A DNA stretch of 55,983 nucleotides from Octopus bimaculoides (lineage: Eukaryota), in the NCBI RefSeq assembly GCF_001194135.2, contig NC_068999.1, positions 48,783,265 through 48,839,247 on the forward strand, written 5' to 3'. Below are positions 1-28,756 of this stretch, one piece after another (within the stretch, counting starts at the first letter, position 1; every line of letters starts with the position of its first letter). Under the pieces are notes generated by a model. The model was not told the origin of the DNA. It searched no databases and saw only the letters and a program-made list of their open reading frames with translations. A program made the position numbers and the translations under genes.

Positions 1-351
1 CCCCCCCCCCCACTCCAAAGTATTTTAAAATAAAAAACAATAACTGGGCATTTGATAATATTCTTGTGCCAATGCTAAGATATTAAATCCCAAATGTAGC
101 AATTATAAATGACATAATCATAGTTTCTAAACTTTTCCATTTTAAACTTTGTGTTTCATATTGAAAAAACATTCACGTTGTATTTTACAGAAAAGCCAAA
201 GATAACCGACTGCGGATATGGAAAGACTACAAACCATCTGGTGTTGTTATTGATGATAAAAGTAAAAACTTTACTGCTAAGGTGAGTGGCAAAATTAGAA
301 GCATGTTTTGTGTTTGAGAGTTGGTGATCAACTTTGTTTGTTGTCATGTGA

Positions 352-743
352 TTAGAGGGAGATTTGGCTACTAATTGTAGCAGGTTGAGTGATTAAGTAC
401 AGGCTTGATGAGTGATGTGTGATGAGTACTGTAGCATAGGTGGTAAGCTCTTGAAAAGTTGCCAGTTTTAATTTTTCAGTTATGGAAATTACACTGTGCA
501 AATGCCCTTGGGAAAGGTATGAAAGTCCTTTGAAGTGATTCGGGTTGATCATCTATGATGGATACATCCAATCACAAATGATGGTAATTTCTTGGAGACC
601 AAGAAAGAGAGCTCTGCAATTTCTTGCTGCACAAGCTGCACAAATGATTTGTTTTTAGGGATCAAATGTTTGTGCTCAGTTCCTTCTTCAAATTGATGCT
701 GCCTGAACAGGTGCATAGTGTTCCATATGTCAGGTGTCAACAT
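352..743 (-). mobile_element. Decayed LINE (CR1/L2-like) APE endonuclease fragment
   Basis: KKLPSFVIGCIHHR resembles the LINE endonuclease motif KLPSFIIGCIYRHP; frameshifts and stops are present. Confidence 0.45.
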
Positions 744-954
744 GATCAGAGAGCAACGTGAAATGGAGTGTTTTGCTCAAGAACACAATGTACCACCTGG
801 TCCGGGAATTGAAACCACAACCTTGCAATCATGAGTGCAACACCCAAACTACTAGGCCATGTACCCTTAACGATCACAAAATATACCTATTCTTAAACAC
901 GAAAAATTTTCTCTTGTCACTTTCTATTATTCTTATTTCACTTGCTTTCTTCAG

Positions 955-16241
<15,287 letters not shown>

Positions 16242-17220
16242 AGAATCTGAAATAAATGCAGTGAAAAGTATATTTGGAAAATAATAACACAAATTATGAA
16301 TGAAATTTATTAAATAAAATAACAATACTTTGCTGAAAAAGACTGACTGAAATTTCAATCTTAGCTGGTTTGTTTGATTTACTAACATACAACTAAATTG
16401 AAAGTACACTTTTAATACTTTAGCATTGGAGGTTTTAGGTTTTAAAACTTCATCTTAACTTTCTAAACCAACTAAGATGATATTGTAGTCAATTTAGAAG
16501 AAACTTTTTTTTAAAAAAGTCTTCTATCTTTTAAGGATGGTTGGGAAAAGTCTAAAAAGAAAAAACAAAACACAACTGTTTTTCAACTATATACATATCT
16601 CCTGATATACATATTATATATGCATACATATATATTTTCCTCTCTCTATGGAATATAGCTTAATAATTACAAAAGGAGTCTGCATCCTATACATTTAATA
16701 ACATATTTAAAATGGAATGAAGCTTGTTACTTGGCTAAAGTTTTGTGATTTAGTTAGCTGAGAAGTGTAATTGTCATTGACATGTTAGCCATTTAATGTT
16801 ACTGCTGAAACTATTTTCCCTCTAATTTTACATACATTGCAGTATAGAAACCATGGCAGCAGAAGCTATTTAATTATAAGCTATCTTTTGATTATTCTCA
16901 AGTATCTTATCAGCAATTTTATATCCAGCTCGGCAATTCAGTGAGTTTTCTTCTTCTTCCCCCCCCCCCTTTTTTTTCTACTCTAAATTATACTGGTTGC
17001 AGGTATATTTTGTTAAACATTTGCAGTAAATATGAATGTAGACAGAAAATAATGACTGGCTTTATAAATGGCATATTGGTGTTGAATCCTTTACTTCAAA
17101 GTGAGCTCAGAATTAAATTTTGAAACTAGTTGTTGCCTTCCATGATAAAGCTACCTACTCATAGTGTCTTAAAACTGGTTTGTCCTTTTTTTTCACTATA
17201 TCAGGGTTTTGAGTTTTTTG

Positions 17221-17616
17221 NNNNNNNNNNNNNNNNNNNNNNNNNNNNNNNNNNNNNNNNNNNNNNNNNNNNNNNNNNNNNNNNNNNNNNNNNNNNNNNN
17301 NNNNNNNNNNNNNNNNNNNNNNNNNNNNNNNNNNNNNNNNNNNNNNNNNNNNNNNNNNNNNNNNNNNNNNNNNNNNNNNNNNNNNNNNNNNNNNNNNNNN
17401 NNNNNNNNNNNNNNNNNNNNNNNNNNNNNNNNNNNNNNNNNNNNNNNNNNNNNNNNNNNNNNNNNNNNNNNNNNNNNNNNNNNNNNNNNNNNNNNNNNNN
17501 NNNNNNNNNNNNNNNNNNNNNNNNNNNNNNNNNNNNNNNNNNNNNNNNNNNNNNNNNNNNNNNNNNNNNNNNNNNNNNNNNNNNNNNNNNNNNNNNNNNN
17601 NNNNNNNNNNNNNNNN
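17221..17616. other. Assembly gap (others: 7624-8140, 10778-10799, 25817-26450, 44405-44414, 49866-50582)
   Basis: Runs of N. Confidence 0.99.
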
Positions 17617-19157
17617 ACTATAATTTTTTTTTTTTTTTTTAATATTAATTTCTAACTGAATAAAACCAGGTTCAATTCTCTCTCCAAATATATTGCATAC
17701 CCACTATCATGAAAATCAAATTTCTTATGAAATAATCTTGTTCTCAAGAAAGTTATTTGTATTTTGTTGTTGTCATTATTTTATGAAAAATAACTGTTTT
17801 TATTTTCAGTTCTGAAAAATTTTATTTGAAAAAAAAAAAAAATGCAAGGCAAAAAAGCAAGCTTGTACCATTGTGAAATGTTCATTATTATGCTGAAATA
17901 TTGATTTTTAATCCAATACTTTCTACAAGATATGCTTTTTTTTTTTCTTTTTTTTTGTCTTTTTAAAATTTAATTAAAAATTTTTATATTAGGTGTCATC
18001 TCTGAAACCACTGTTAAGAGTTTATAAAAATCAAATTATCCAAATTATCATTGGCTGCTCTCTCAAGTTTCCATCACTCCACTGTCTGGTAAAATGAACT
18101 AAGTCTTTTTTGTTTATTACTGTCATTTAGATCTTTCCATTTATTTCTGTAGCCACCTTTTTTCTAAATCAGAGTCCTTGTACAGTTCTTATAAATACAG
18201 GCAGGTTTTCATATACTTCAATGAAATTACCTATGTGTGATTGATGCACAGCTAATGACATTATCAAGCTTTACTTCTACAGTGAATGCACAGGTATGGT
18301 TGTGTGGTTAGAAAGCTCATGTAGCAACTACGTGGTTTCAGGTTCAGTCCCACTGCATGGCACCTTGGGCTAGTGTCTTCTGCTATAACCCATGGACATC
18401 CAATGCCTTGTGAATGAATTTCATAGGCATGTGGAAACTGGTCATGTATGTTTGTTTCTTCCCTCTCCAGCCACCAGTTTTGGTTTGTTTATGTCCTTGT
18501 AGCTTAGCAGTTCAGTAGAAGGGATCAACAGAATAAGTGCTGAGGTAGATTTGGGTAAATCCTTTAGGGTGATGCTGCTGTCTTATGACTGAAACAAAAG
18601 ATAAAAGGACAGACACTTTTTTAATCTGAACAAAATACATAATTCTGCCTTACTAGGGTTTCAAACAGATTTCGCTTCAAAACAGAAAACCATCATTCTG
18701 CCACTACACACTAGAGACTTCAAAAGAAATTGTCTTACATATGATAACCTCTTGGCAAAAATGGATGTGAAATTATAATTTCTGGAATTATCTGTGAGTG
18801 AATTTGCCATGCTTCCCCATAATGACTTAACTAGTTTACGTGATTTCTTCAGTCTTTTCATGTATTGTCTTGTTATTTGCTATTTACAATTTTGAACTGC
18901 AGTTCCTTTATAGTCATCTGTTCTCAGTAACTTTTTTTGAAATTGCAAAAAAACCATCTGTTCGTAATTAGTAGTGTGCAATCCGTCTTTCATATCTAAA
19001 TTACATTATTTATTTATTTATATTTTGGGAAATTTCATGTATCAGAAAACACTTAGCAATGTTTGGAATTTCTTAGTATTGAGAGAAAAGTAAAATTCAA
19101 ATAACTTCATAAAAGTTACTAACCCTTTCAATTATACAATAATTGAGGTGACTATAG

Positions 19158-19517
19158 TGGAAGCGCAATGGCCCAGTGGTTAGGGCAGCGGACTCGCAGT
19201 TTTGATTCCCAGACCGGGCGTTGTGAGTGTTTATTGAGCAAAAACACCTAAAGCTCCACGAGGCTCCAGCAGGGTGGGGTGGTGAACCCTGCTGTACTCT
19301 TTCACCACAACTTTCTCACTCTTTCTTCCTGTTTCTGTTGTACCTGTATTTCAAGGGGCCAGCCTTGTCACTGTGTTATGCTGAATCTCCCCGAGAACTA
19401 CATTAAGGGTACACGTGTCTGTGGAGTGCTCGGCCACTTGCACATTAATTTCACGAGCAGGCTGTTCTGTTGATCGGATCAACTGGAACCCTCGTCGTCG
19501 TAACCGACAGAGTGCCA
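19158..19517 (+). mobile_element. tRNA-derived SINE family B (other copies 33641-33966-, 40331-40641+, 46505-46828+, 51574-51893+, partial 757-860-)
   Basis: A/B-box head (tggcccagtggttagggcagcggactc..gattccc); shared body ccagccttgtca..ctgaatctccc.gagaactac.ttaagggtacacgtgtctgtggagtgctc..gcaggctgttc.gttgatcggatcaactggaac. Confidence 0.85.
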
Positions 19518-22500
19518 TGAATTGAGGCAACCATCTTTGTAATTAAAAGATAAGCTATAAGAAAGGTTAGTTGAATGGTTTACAAAGCCTTATTCATACT
19601 TAGGCTTAACGAAAATTGCCAATGAAACTTTTTTTTTTTTTTTTTGTGAAAGTACACATGGCCTTGTTAGGTGTGGTGTTACATGTGTGGTTGTACAATT
19701 ATAGTGTATTCTTGAACAAAACACTATTTCACATTGCTCCATTCCACACTCAGCTATAAATGAGTGTCCCTGCAATAGCTGGGAAGTTAAATTAGTAATG
19801 GACTAGCAGCCTATTCAGGAGGTTATGTTGCAATCTCCGTAACTTACATGCCATGGAAACCAAGTTGAATTCCGGCTTTATGAAACTTTGGGTTCATGAC
19901 AGACCTGAGCCTAAGTTGTTCAATTTTGAAGGTGGGTACAGTACCAATAAAGGAAGTTCAAGTAAGAATGAAATTTACTTAACTGCAAGCTTTTCTAAAT
20001 CTTAGATTTTGTTTAACAATCAACTCGTCATCCAGTTTAATACTTTATTTAAGAACATTGGAAGAATGCTTGGAGTTTAGTGAACCAGATGTCCTTTCTG
20101 TTACTAAGCCCCATCTGTTTCCAGCAAGGCAGCCTTTCCCCCACGGTCAGACATATTTTCACAGAGCTCTGGAAATGAATGACATTCAAGAGTTACGTGA
20201 CATCTAGACAAGTTACTAACACACACACACACACACACACACACACTCCATTCATGGCGTTCGGCAGCCCAGGGCTATAAAAGGAGACACCTGCCAAAGA
20301 TGCTACCAGATATTTGAGCAATGCAGCTAAAACTATTATACATACATGCTTTGGTGTAAAAAAAAAAGAGGAAGAAGTACTCAAAATATTGTAAAGTTTA
20401 TTCAAGGGTAAAGCTTTGAAGTCATGACGACCATCCCATTCAACTGTGATGACATGAAAGATCCTGAAGATGCTTAACTTGCAAGAAATAGATCCAATTT
20501 CTACTGTATTAAAAAACACTTGCACACACTGGAGAATGTGATCCTAGACACCCAATAACAAACGGGATGGTCACAATTGGAATGCTTTTGATCATAGACC
20601 TACTTGAAGAGCTTTGATATAAGGTTAAAAGACAAGTCTACAAGAGAGAGTCTTAACTAGTTTTACCTGCTACAAATAACAGCCAAATTTCCCTAAAATC
20701 ATTTCTTTTCAAAAAAGTAAATGAGATGGTTATGGATGAAACGTCTGGTTCTGCTGAGGGAAAATGGCATCATGATTAGGATTTTGCACTCAATCACAGG
20801 ATCATGGATTCAATTCTTGGAGTAGGTGATGCATTGTGTTCTTGAATAAAACACTTATCACTTCAAAACAAACAGGTTACAAGAGACAACTGCCATCTTT
20901 GATACAAGCTCATAGGCAAAAAATTGGTTTCAGAACCACTGATTTGCATGAACATGCCATCTAAAAGTCTCGCACAATTTCCTTCAACTTACTTTCACAT
21001 GGACTGGGTTGACTCAAGGCTATTATAAAACATGCTATGCAGTAGGCTTGAATGGGGGATTTTTTTGATTATGAAGTAAACTTGTTAATCATTTAGCCAT
21101 GCCATGTTCACAACACATTTAACTTGTGTAGCAAAGTTTATCAAGTATTGCAATGGCACTGATTTAGGTTAAGCAGAATTAAAAACCCGAGATAAAGGTT
21201 TCCTGTGTATATGACACGAAATAGGATGAAATTTCTTCACAGAAGTTGCAAACAAGTTTTCAGAGCTGGCCAATAATCTGATATTGAAGGTAAGTAATGC
21301 ATTACGAATTTTGTAACCAAAGTTTTAAAGGGTAAAGTAATATTACAAAATCAAAAATATTGTGCTCACATATCACAGAAGTGAACTGGATTACACAACG
21401 GCATCAGAAACCAGAGCTTTTGGAGAGGAGAAAAAAGTTGTACTGAAACGACATGCAACACAAAAGTTCTCACAAGTCAAAATGACCATGTAGAAGCCCC
21501 CTTGTTGGAATGTCCCTACTAATGTTTTAGCTGCAGGTCATTCCAGAACATCATTCTGCAAATGCTGTGGATACAACTCCTTCAGACCAAACCAAAAAAT
21601 CTAAACATTTTAAAGGTTTGAACAATAGAAAAGGAAGTAGCAAGCAGCTCAACACTTGCCTAGTATGTTTAACAGTATGGCTAATTATTGTTCTTTTGAC
21701 TAATTACCAGTGTTTACAAAGGTAAAGGATACAATGCTTGTGAGATTTGGACTAAGAATATATATTGAAATAGACAAAAATAAATACTAAAAGATGTTTG
21801 CTTTGATGCTCCATCACATCTTTCGATCCCATTCTCATTCAGTTTAATTAATACCAAAGACATACAATCTAGCAAACTGATTCTCCAGCTCACCTTGTGC
21901 CTTGTAGGGGCCATCTCCTAGATGGCCCCTACCTCATTGCTCATTATCTCTTGCAGTTTCTACTGTTCATTTTCTCTTCCTTTCTCCTACAAGAAGTAAG
22001 CATGCAGATTCTAAACAAGAGCCTGCACTACTTCCCCTTCTCATAGTTCAATCTCTCATTCACTTGCAGGATGCTAACCTCCCCACCTCCAGCTCAGCAA
22101 GCTGCATGGTGACTCCAGTAGGGCAGGTAGTACAAAGAAAGCACCCAGTCTATGCTGTAAAGTGATTGGCATTAGGAAGGGCATCCAGCCATAGAAACCA
22201 TGGCTAAAAAATGACACTGGAGTATGATGTCGTCCTTGAACACGAGATCCTGTCAAACTGTCCAACCCATGCCAGCATGGAATGCACATTAAATGATGAC
22301 ACCAGTTCTGAACAGATCACTTTAAAATTGAATGTTTTTATTTAGCCACAGGTGAATTACGATCAAACAGACCTATGGTCTATGAGCAGCCAGTCTTTCT
22401 TGCAGGCCTTCAAAGTTGCAAGAGGACTATCAAATGGCATCAGTCTCACTAGTCTAGGAGAGTTTGCAAAGGCCATGAGCACTGCCCTTTTCTGCAGACC

Positions 22501-23211
22501 AAGCAAGTAAATGAAAAATAAAGTGGACGGGGAGCTGACCCTTTAGCAGCTCAAGACAGATTCTGGTAAGCCAAGTTAGTGACCCAATTTTGATTCCCTT
22601 ATAACTATTTCATTTTATTATATGGATAATGCCCTGCAGAGATATCACATGTTGTCATTTCCCCAGCTAAGTTTGTGTGTACAGAGGTATTCAATTAAAA
22701 ATTTCTTTTTGAACTAAACATAAATATATGTTCATTAAAGAGATGTTGTTTTTGATCAGTAACAATTTACAAATTCAAGTTTATGAAAGACAAATTCTTT
22801 AAAAGAGAAATTCCATGGTTTCCTCATCCTATCCAGATATACAATTATATGTTGACATCTTGAATTCAGAGACCATTAAATTCATCTTTTCTGTTTTGTA
22901 AAACTAAATTTCAAATAGTTTTACTTCTGTTCATCATATTTCCAAGCTGAGATTGAACTCATAAACTCTTATTTTGCACAGGATTCCAATACTCTTGTCA
23001 ACTCAATACACTTATACTCATTTCTGAGTGATGATAGCCATGCAGAGTCGAAAATCCCAAAGAGTTTATTGCATTTGGTTGTAGTGTTCTCACGGCATGC
23101 ATTAACATATATTAATTTTTTCATGTCCAGAGACATATAATGTCATTCTCTCTGTGTGAAAAATTTTGTTCATAAACCCCACAAAAAATTCAAGAGGTAT
23201 TAATACTCTAG

Positions 23212-23807
23212 TTAAACACCTTTTCCTGTTGGATCAGTATGAATTATAGGCACTAAGTAAGAAGCTGGAATAAATCCTTCTTGTTTGCAGTTTTTTATAA
23301 TCCAAAACCAGTTTGGATCATCGACATTTAGTACAGTAATAATATCCCCACTTTCAACTGTGATGTCATTGTCATTCACAGCATCAAAATTATAGACTAC
23401 CAAGAATTTCCCACAGTCTCGTTTCTGGAATATACTGGCCTCTTGATAACTGATATAACTTTCTCCTGAATTGTTATGAGAATCCTTCTCTAGTGTATTC
23501 TGTTTGATGTCATTTTCAACTGTACGCTGCTGCTTACGTATTGCTTGTGTGGTGTACGATATGGGAACAAAGCCTTCTTTACCATTATCGCAAAGTATAT
23601 ACAACCAATCATTATCTCTGTAAAGACTGTAGACTATATCTCCTTTCTTCACAGAAACTTCGTCATCAACACAAGCAACAAAATCTTGAATGACTATTAA
23701 GCGAGCTTCAGGATCGAGACCGTCTTTCTTGGCTAAACCAACTTGAGTCAAAGTGTCAAGACTTGCGCTTCCTGTTAAATTTCGGCGTAAAGGATACTGA
23801 TCAAATT
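23212..23807 (-). CDS. Dlish: Dlish main exon with two SH3 domains
   Basis: tttttcag acceptor at 23808-23809; SH3 signatures DWLY...EGFVP.SY and WFWI...EGFIPASY; TAA at 23212-23214. Confidence 0.9.
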
Positions 23808-25184
23808 CTGAAAAAGATAAAAACCCAGTCATAAACACAATGTAATGCTGATGGCGGGAGTGAAAAAAAAAATCAAATTTTCAAATTTATTTATTTTTTT
23901 TTCGTGAAACGATGCTTCCCATCATTCCGAAGATTGTGCTGAAAGACAAAAAATTGGAAAAAATCTCAGTTGAAAGGGAGAAATTCCGAAACTCCTCCCC
24001 CGCCCCCTTACAGAAGATTTTGCCAACAAATTTCTTTGTAATCCTAATCTACACTGTTTGAAAGAAATTTGTATGAAATTTCATTTAAAAAATATTCATT
24101 TTCCTGAAGGTTATGAGTGGGGGGGGGGGATATCAAGCCGTGTGAATTTTCCGAAGCTCCTTTCCCCAAACCCCTTGGAAAAACTTTTTCCAGCAAATCT
24201 TCACATACACTCAATCTACAAGATCTAAGCCATTATTTGTTGGAAGTTTCGTTAAAAAGTATCCAATTTTCTGGAAGTTATGAGGCAACAAAGTCGTGGG
24301 GGGAGGGTACCCATCTGTAGGTGTATTTGGAAAACTTTTCTTCTTTTCTCTATGGCAGTGTTTCTTAACCGGGATCCATATAAGATTTTGTGGTGAAAAT
24401 TTTTGTGCAATAAATTGATTATACTTCCACAATATACAAAATATATATTTTTTTTTTTCTATAATTGTAAAAGTATGATGGGATTTTTTTTAAACATCAA
24501 ATAAGTATAGGAGATCAATTGAGTAAAATAAAAATCAAGGTGGTCCATAGTCAAAAAATGGTTGAGAACCACTGGTCTATGGAGTAGGAAACAATTTACG
24601 AAAAGAAAAATTGAGTCATGCATGAAGAAGTTCGTAATTGTCAGAACGCTGTGGGAAAGGTAAACGTAATAAGTGCCGGGAAAAAAGAAAAGTAAATAAC
24701 TCTGACGTGATAATTTTGTTCTCACAATACGTTACACACACGCAGTTTACCTTACATCTGATAAGCATCAGACCCTAACTCTTATAAATACAAAGATTGA
24801 ACCCATATTTTTGTACAATGTGTGAGTGTCGGTGTCCCATCGTGGTCACTGACAGATGTTTGTGACTTCTACAAGTGTATATATAGTATAATAGTATGTA
24901 GGCGGAATGACTGCGGTACGTCCGCTTTATTATAGCATAGGTACGTGTCTGTATCTTAGAAAAACAAACAGACAAAAAATAGTAGAGAAAAAGTAACGTA
25001 CATATGTGCCAATACCAAAATACATTTAATACGAAAAGAAAAAGAAAAAACTACACCGAGTGATATATTACAATCAAAATTAAATTCAAGAAATTCAATC
25101 GGAATTGGTAATATTTAAAAAAAAAAAAGGATTACCTTTCTTCTTTTTTGACTTTTTCAATTTCGCGGGACATAAAAATGCCAT
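23212..25184 (-). CDS. Dlish: Dlish/Vamana-like SH3-domain adaptor (Fat-Dachs pathway), two coding exons, two SH3 domains
   Basis: Spliced protein MAFLCPAKLKKSKKKK-EFDQYPLRRNLTGSASLDTLTQVGLAKKDGLDPEARLIVIQDFVACVDDEVSVKKGDIVYSLYRDNDWLY... It closely parallels Drosophila Dlish as I recall it (MAFLCP + basic tract; ITGSSSIETLVRVGIEKEHGL.P...DF.PCVDDEL.VKRG...LYRENDWVY). The phase-1 intron fits exactly. Confidence 0.85.
24356..24574. mobile_element. hAT/Charlie-like MITE in Dlish intron 1
   Basis: TIRs cagtgtttcttaacc / ggttgagaaccactg; 7/8 TSD ctctatgg / gtctatgg. Confidence 0.7.
25136..25184 (-). CDS. Dlish: Dlish first coding exon (MAFLCPAKLKKSKKKK), absent from the ORF track
   Basis: ATG at 25184; 16 codons + G, then GTAATC donor; Cys plus polybasic membrane-anchor motif. 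Confidence 0.85.
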
Positions 25185-25558
25185 GGCTAATATTACATAA
25201 GGGAAATAAGAACAGTAGATATTTAAAAATTTACACAGGTGGATTTAATTAATCCTTGATACACCTGTACTTGCATAACTTTAAATGTGCGTATGTATGT
25301 ATGTATGTGTTTATGTGAATGTATGTCAGCCTATGCATGTGTGTATGTATACAGACAGGTGGCCACCTGTTGCCCTGGCGGATAAAGGACAGTAACTCTA
25401 GATGAGCTGAGCTTTTTAAAACCTCTCCATTTTCTTACTATCGAATCAGGATCCTAATGTGGACATATCTTCTATCTTTTACTTGTTTCAGTCATTAGAT
25501 TGCGGCTATACTGGGGCACCGCCCTGAAGAATTTTAGTCGAACGAGTCGGGTCCAGCA

Positions 25559-25736
25559 CAGGCTCGTTGCCAGACTTTGGTGCCCGGAGGTGCTTCAGAA
25601 TATTCTGGGTGGGCACTGATTTGTAATAATGCTTAAGTGGAGTTTCGAAATAAGTGTATCACTGTAAATCTGAGGGAGCACCATTGAATAGCGAAGGGGC
25701 AGTGCCGTCCAGTGCACACCCTTAGCGACGGGCTTG
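25559..25736. mobile_element. MITE-like element
   Basis: Imperfect TIRs caggctcgttgc / gcgacgggcttg; the internal segment recurs at ~48708-48810. Confidence 0.55.
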
Positions 25737-27209
25737 CCTCAATACTTTTCTTTTAAAGCCTGGTACTTATTTTAATCCGTCTCTTGCCAAAATTGTTTTT
25801 CTTTGTTTGTTTTTTTNNNNNNNNNNNNNNNNNNNNNNNNNNNNNNNNNNNNNNNNNNNNNNNNNNNNNNNNNNNNNNNNNNNNNNNNNNNNNNNNNNNN
25901 NNNNNNNNNNNNNNNNNNNNNNNNNNNNNNNNNNNNNNNNNNNNNNNNNNNNNNNNNNNNNNNNNNNNNNNNNNNNNNNNNNNNNNNNNNNNNNNNNNNN
26001 NNNNNNNNNNNNNNNNNNNNNNNNNNNNNNNNNNNNNNNNNNNNNNNNNNNNNNNNNNNNNNNNNNNNNNNNNNNNNNNNNNNNNNNNNNNNNNNNNNNN
26101 NNNNNNNNNNNNNNNNNNNNNNNNNNNNNNNNNNNNNNNNNNNNNNNNNNNNNNNNNNNNNNNNNNNNNNNNNNNNNNNNNNNNNNNNNNNNNNNNNNNN
26201 NNNNNNNNNNNNNNNNNNNNNNNNNNNNNNNNNNNNNNNNNNNNNNNNNNNNNNNNNNNNNNNNNNNNNNNNNNNNNNNNNNNNNNNNNNNNNNNNNNNN
26301 NNNNNNNNNNNNNNNNNNNNNNNNNNNNNNNNNNNNNNNNNNNNNNNNNNNNNNNNNNNNNNNNNNNNNNNNNNNNNNNNNNNNNNNNNNNNNNNNNNNN
26401 NNNNNNNNNNNNNNNNNNNNNNNNNNNNNNNNNNNNNNNNNNNNNNNNNCCAGACCTGCTCTTTTTGCACTGGGTATCGATGACATTACCAAGATGGAAG
26501 CGATCTGGACTTGAATGTCTGGTATCTTGACGATGCTTGTTGGTATTGCAGCTCTGTCGCGTGACTTTTAGAGCCCCCCCCCCTGCAACTTTTTGTTTCG
26601 GGACCCCATCCCTTCAATTAAAATCCATAATCTACGCACCTTTTATTCATAGCTATATTTTACTTTATTCTATCTGAAGTTCAATATTTCACGTTATCCT
26701 AAAGAACATCTTTAAAAGTACAAGTTAAATTTATTTAGGACTCTTACAAATTTCAATGAGTAAAACTTTCAGATATGAATAAAAGAGCATTTTTATAATC
26801 CAGGCAACTTTCAAAGACAAACACGCGAAATCATTGATCAAGCTGAGAGCTAAATTCGTGTTCAATATATATCATAGACAATCCACAAAGTCTGGTATAT
26901 GTTCGTGGTACAATGTAATATTTTTACAAGAACTTTTGCAGGTACAATGTATTACCATTTTATTTCTTGAAATTTTCAATTAACATCGATAGTTTAATTC
27001 TTGTTCAACATCTTAACCAAAGTAAGTAGATGGACTCATCTACGTACTTTGATCTTAACATGGGGCCCATCAATCATGGAGGCCCCCTGCAACCCGGTTG
27101 CAGGGGCTTAGCGACAGTCCTGTGGTGGTGGTGGGGTCTTTCTGATAAGGTCCTTGCAACTGCCCGGATGATAATTGAGGAACTTGGTCATTGAGGCCTT
27201 AGTGTCAAC

Positions 27210-27364
27210 CACTAGCGTAGCTAGAACGTGTGCCGCTCGGGGCGGTTCTTACGTTTGCCACCCCGCGGACCCCCACAAAAACACATTGCTATCAACAGAC
27301 CCAAAAGTGCCGCCCCTTTAAGTGCTTCCCAGGCACGGACCCCCACCCCCCAACTACGCTAGTA
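27210..27364. mobile_element. hAT-type MITE with 8-bp target-site duplication
   Basis: TIRs (c)actagcgtag / ctacgctagt(a); perfect TSD GTGTCAAC at 27202-27209 and 27365-27372. Confidence 0.8.
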
Positions 27365-28751
27365 GTGTCAACAGTCCTAAATGTGAGCTCTGGCTCCTCA
27401 ACCATCCACCTTCACATCAGCAGACTGTAAACCTGTTTATAGATTCCTTCCCCACTGTCGCGGTTCCTCCCTCATCAACATGATGCTTTCTTGGAACCAC
27501 AATTACTGACCAAGCTTTTAGGTCCATCTTTCAGTCCAAGATGACTAACCTTGAGCAATAATTAAAAACCTTGAGGCAATTGGGCGCCACCAAGGTTTTT
27601 TAAAAAACTTAGGAATTACTTGTCGATTCTTAAGTTATTGGAGAAAGTAAGTAATCTTGCGACACAACCAGTGTGCCGTCCAGTGGGTGGGTGGGTGTTA
27701 AATACACCACAGAATCTGGGAAATCGGCCTTATGTTGTTTTAGGTAGAATCGATAGAGCAACGAACACAATGTCTTAAGGTACTTAGTTACGGTTCCTTA
27801 TGTTCTAAGTTCAAATCCCGCTGAGATCAACTGAGATCGATAAAAAATATTATATAAACTCTGCGTGAAATATGTGGTCTTGTGCTTGTTTTAAAAATAT
27901 TATTACTCTGGTCAATTTAACCTTCTGCCTGGTGCCAAGTAGCATAATGTCGAACTCCAGGTTCTACATCAACTGCGAGTGAACGTGGAGGCACTCTACA
28001 CGGTAGCCTAATCTTCTTCAGACGTCACCCTTGCTGTCTTGAGAAATGAATAGATTCATTAATGTACATCTTGGTATACTATATATCGAGAAAAGTAAGG
28101 GCGATTGTCATTGCTGAAATACCTTCAGTTTTGCATAAACTTTTATTCACCTCCCACCCTACCCGTTCAGGTTGTTGGCCTCAAGGAAACAAGCACATTT
28201 AAAATATTTCAAAAGTTGGTGACTTGCAAAGGCATGAACGTCACAACTTTTCCGTTGTTGCATTTTGTGTAAATGTTAAGTCCATACACTTTTAAAACGG
28301 ACATCAATGCCCTTTCTCGAACTACATTAACAAGGGAACATTCGATCGAACACCTGCTAGAACTAGCAATCAAATTGTCTTAAAATACGCTCTACCATCT
28401 TAGAAAATAATAATAAATAAATAAAGGCACATGGCGATCATTCGATACCAGTAAGAAATATCGCCAAGGCACATTATACAATGTTGTATTGAATATAAAA
28501 AAGACAGGATAGTCATGACAGGACAACATTTATTCACAGGTCTCGCTGTTCGGGGATGACATTTGAGAAGCAGCAGTTTCCGGCAAAATGTCGTACTGCC
28601 TTTTTTCTCCCCACCCTTTTTGCATTCATTTCTTATAAACAGACGAAAATACTGTTTAGCAGAAATTTTATTGCTATTTTCATAATTTATCTATAATTAA
28701 GAAATATTTCAGATTTCTTTCTTTAAAAATTAGTTTTAATGCATCCGAGAG

Positions 28752-28756
28752 CCAAT
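28752..28756 (+). promoter_or_regulatory. CCAAT box candidate upstream of GFM1
   Basis: gagCCAATagg about 165 bp before the ATG; motif match only. Confidence 0.3.

Noticed and set aside
18661-18861. 66-aa minus-strand ORF with a basic N-terminus (MKRLKKSRKLVK...), considered as a Dlish downstream exon
   Set aside because: No SH3 motif or recognisable homology and no supporting splice context; expected by chance
20464-20496. CTGAAGA-tgc..gca-aGAAA motif
   Set aside because: Stem I cannot form; likely a chance match
25767-26530. Long ORFs across the gap (likewise 17130-17655 and 49536-50743)
   Set aside because: Length comes from N runs; the only real signal is the LINE fragment at 49630-49865
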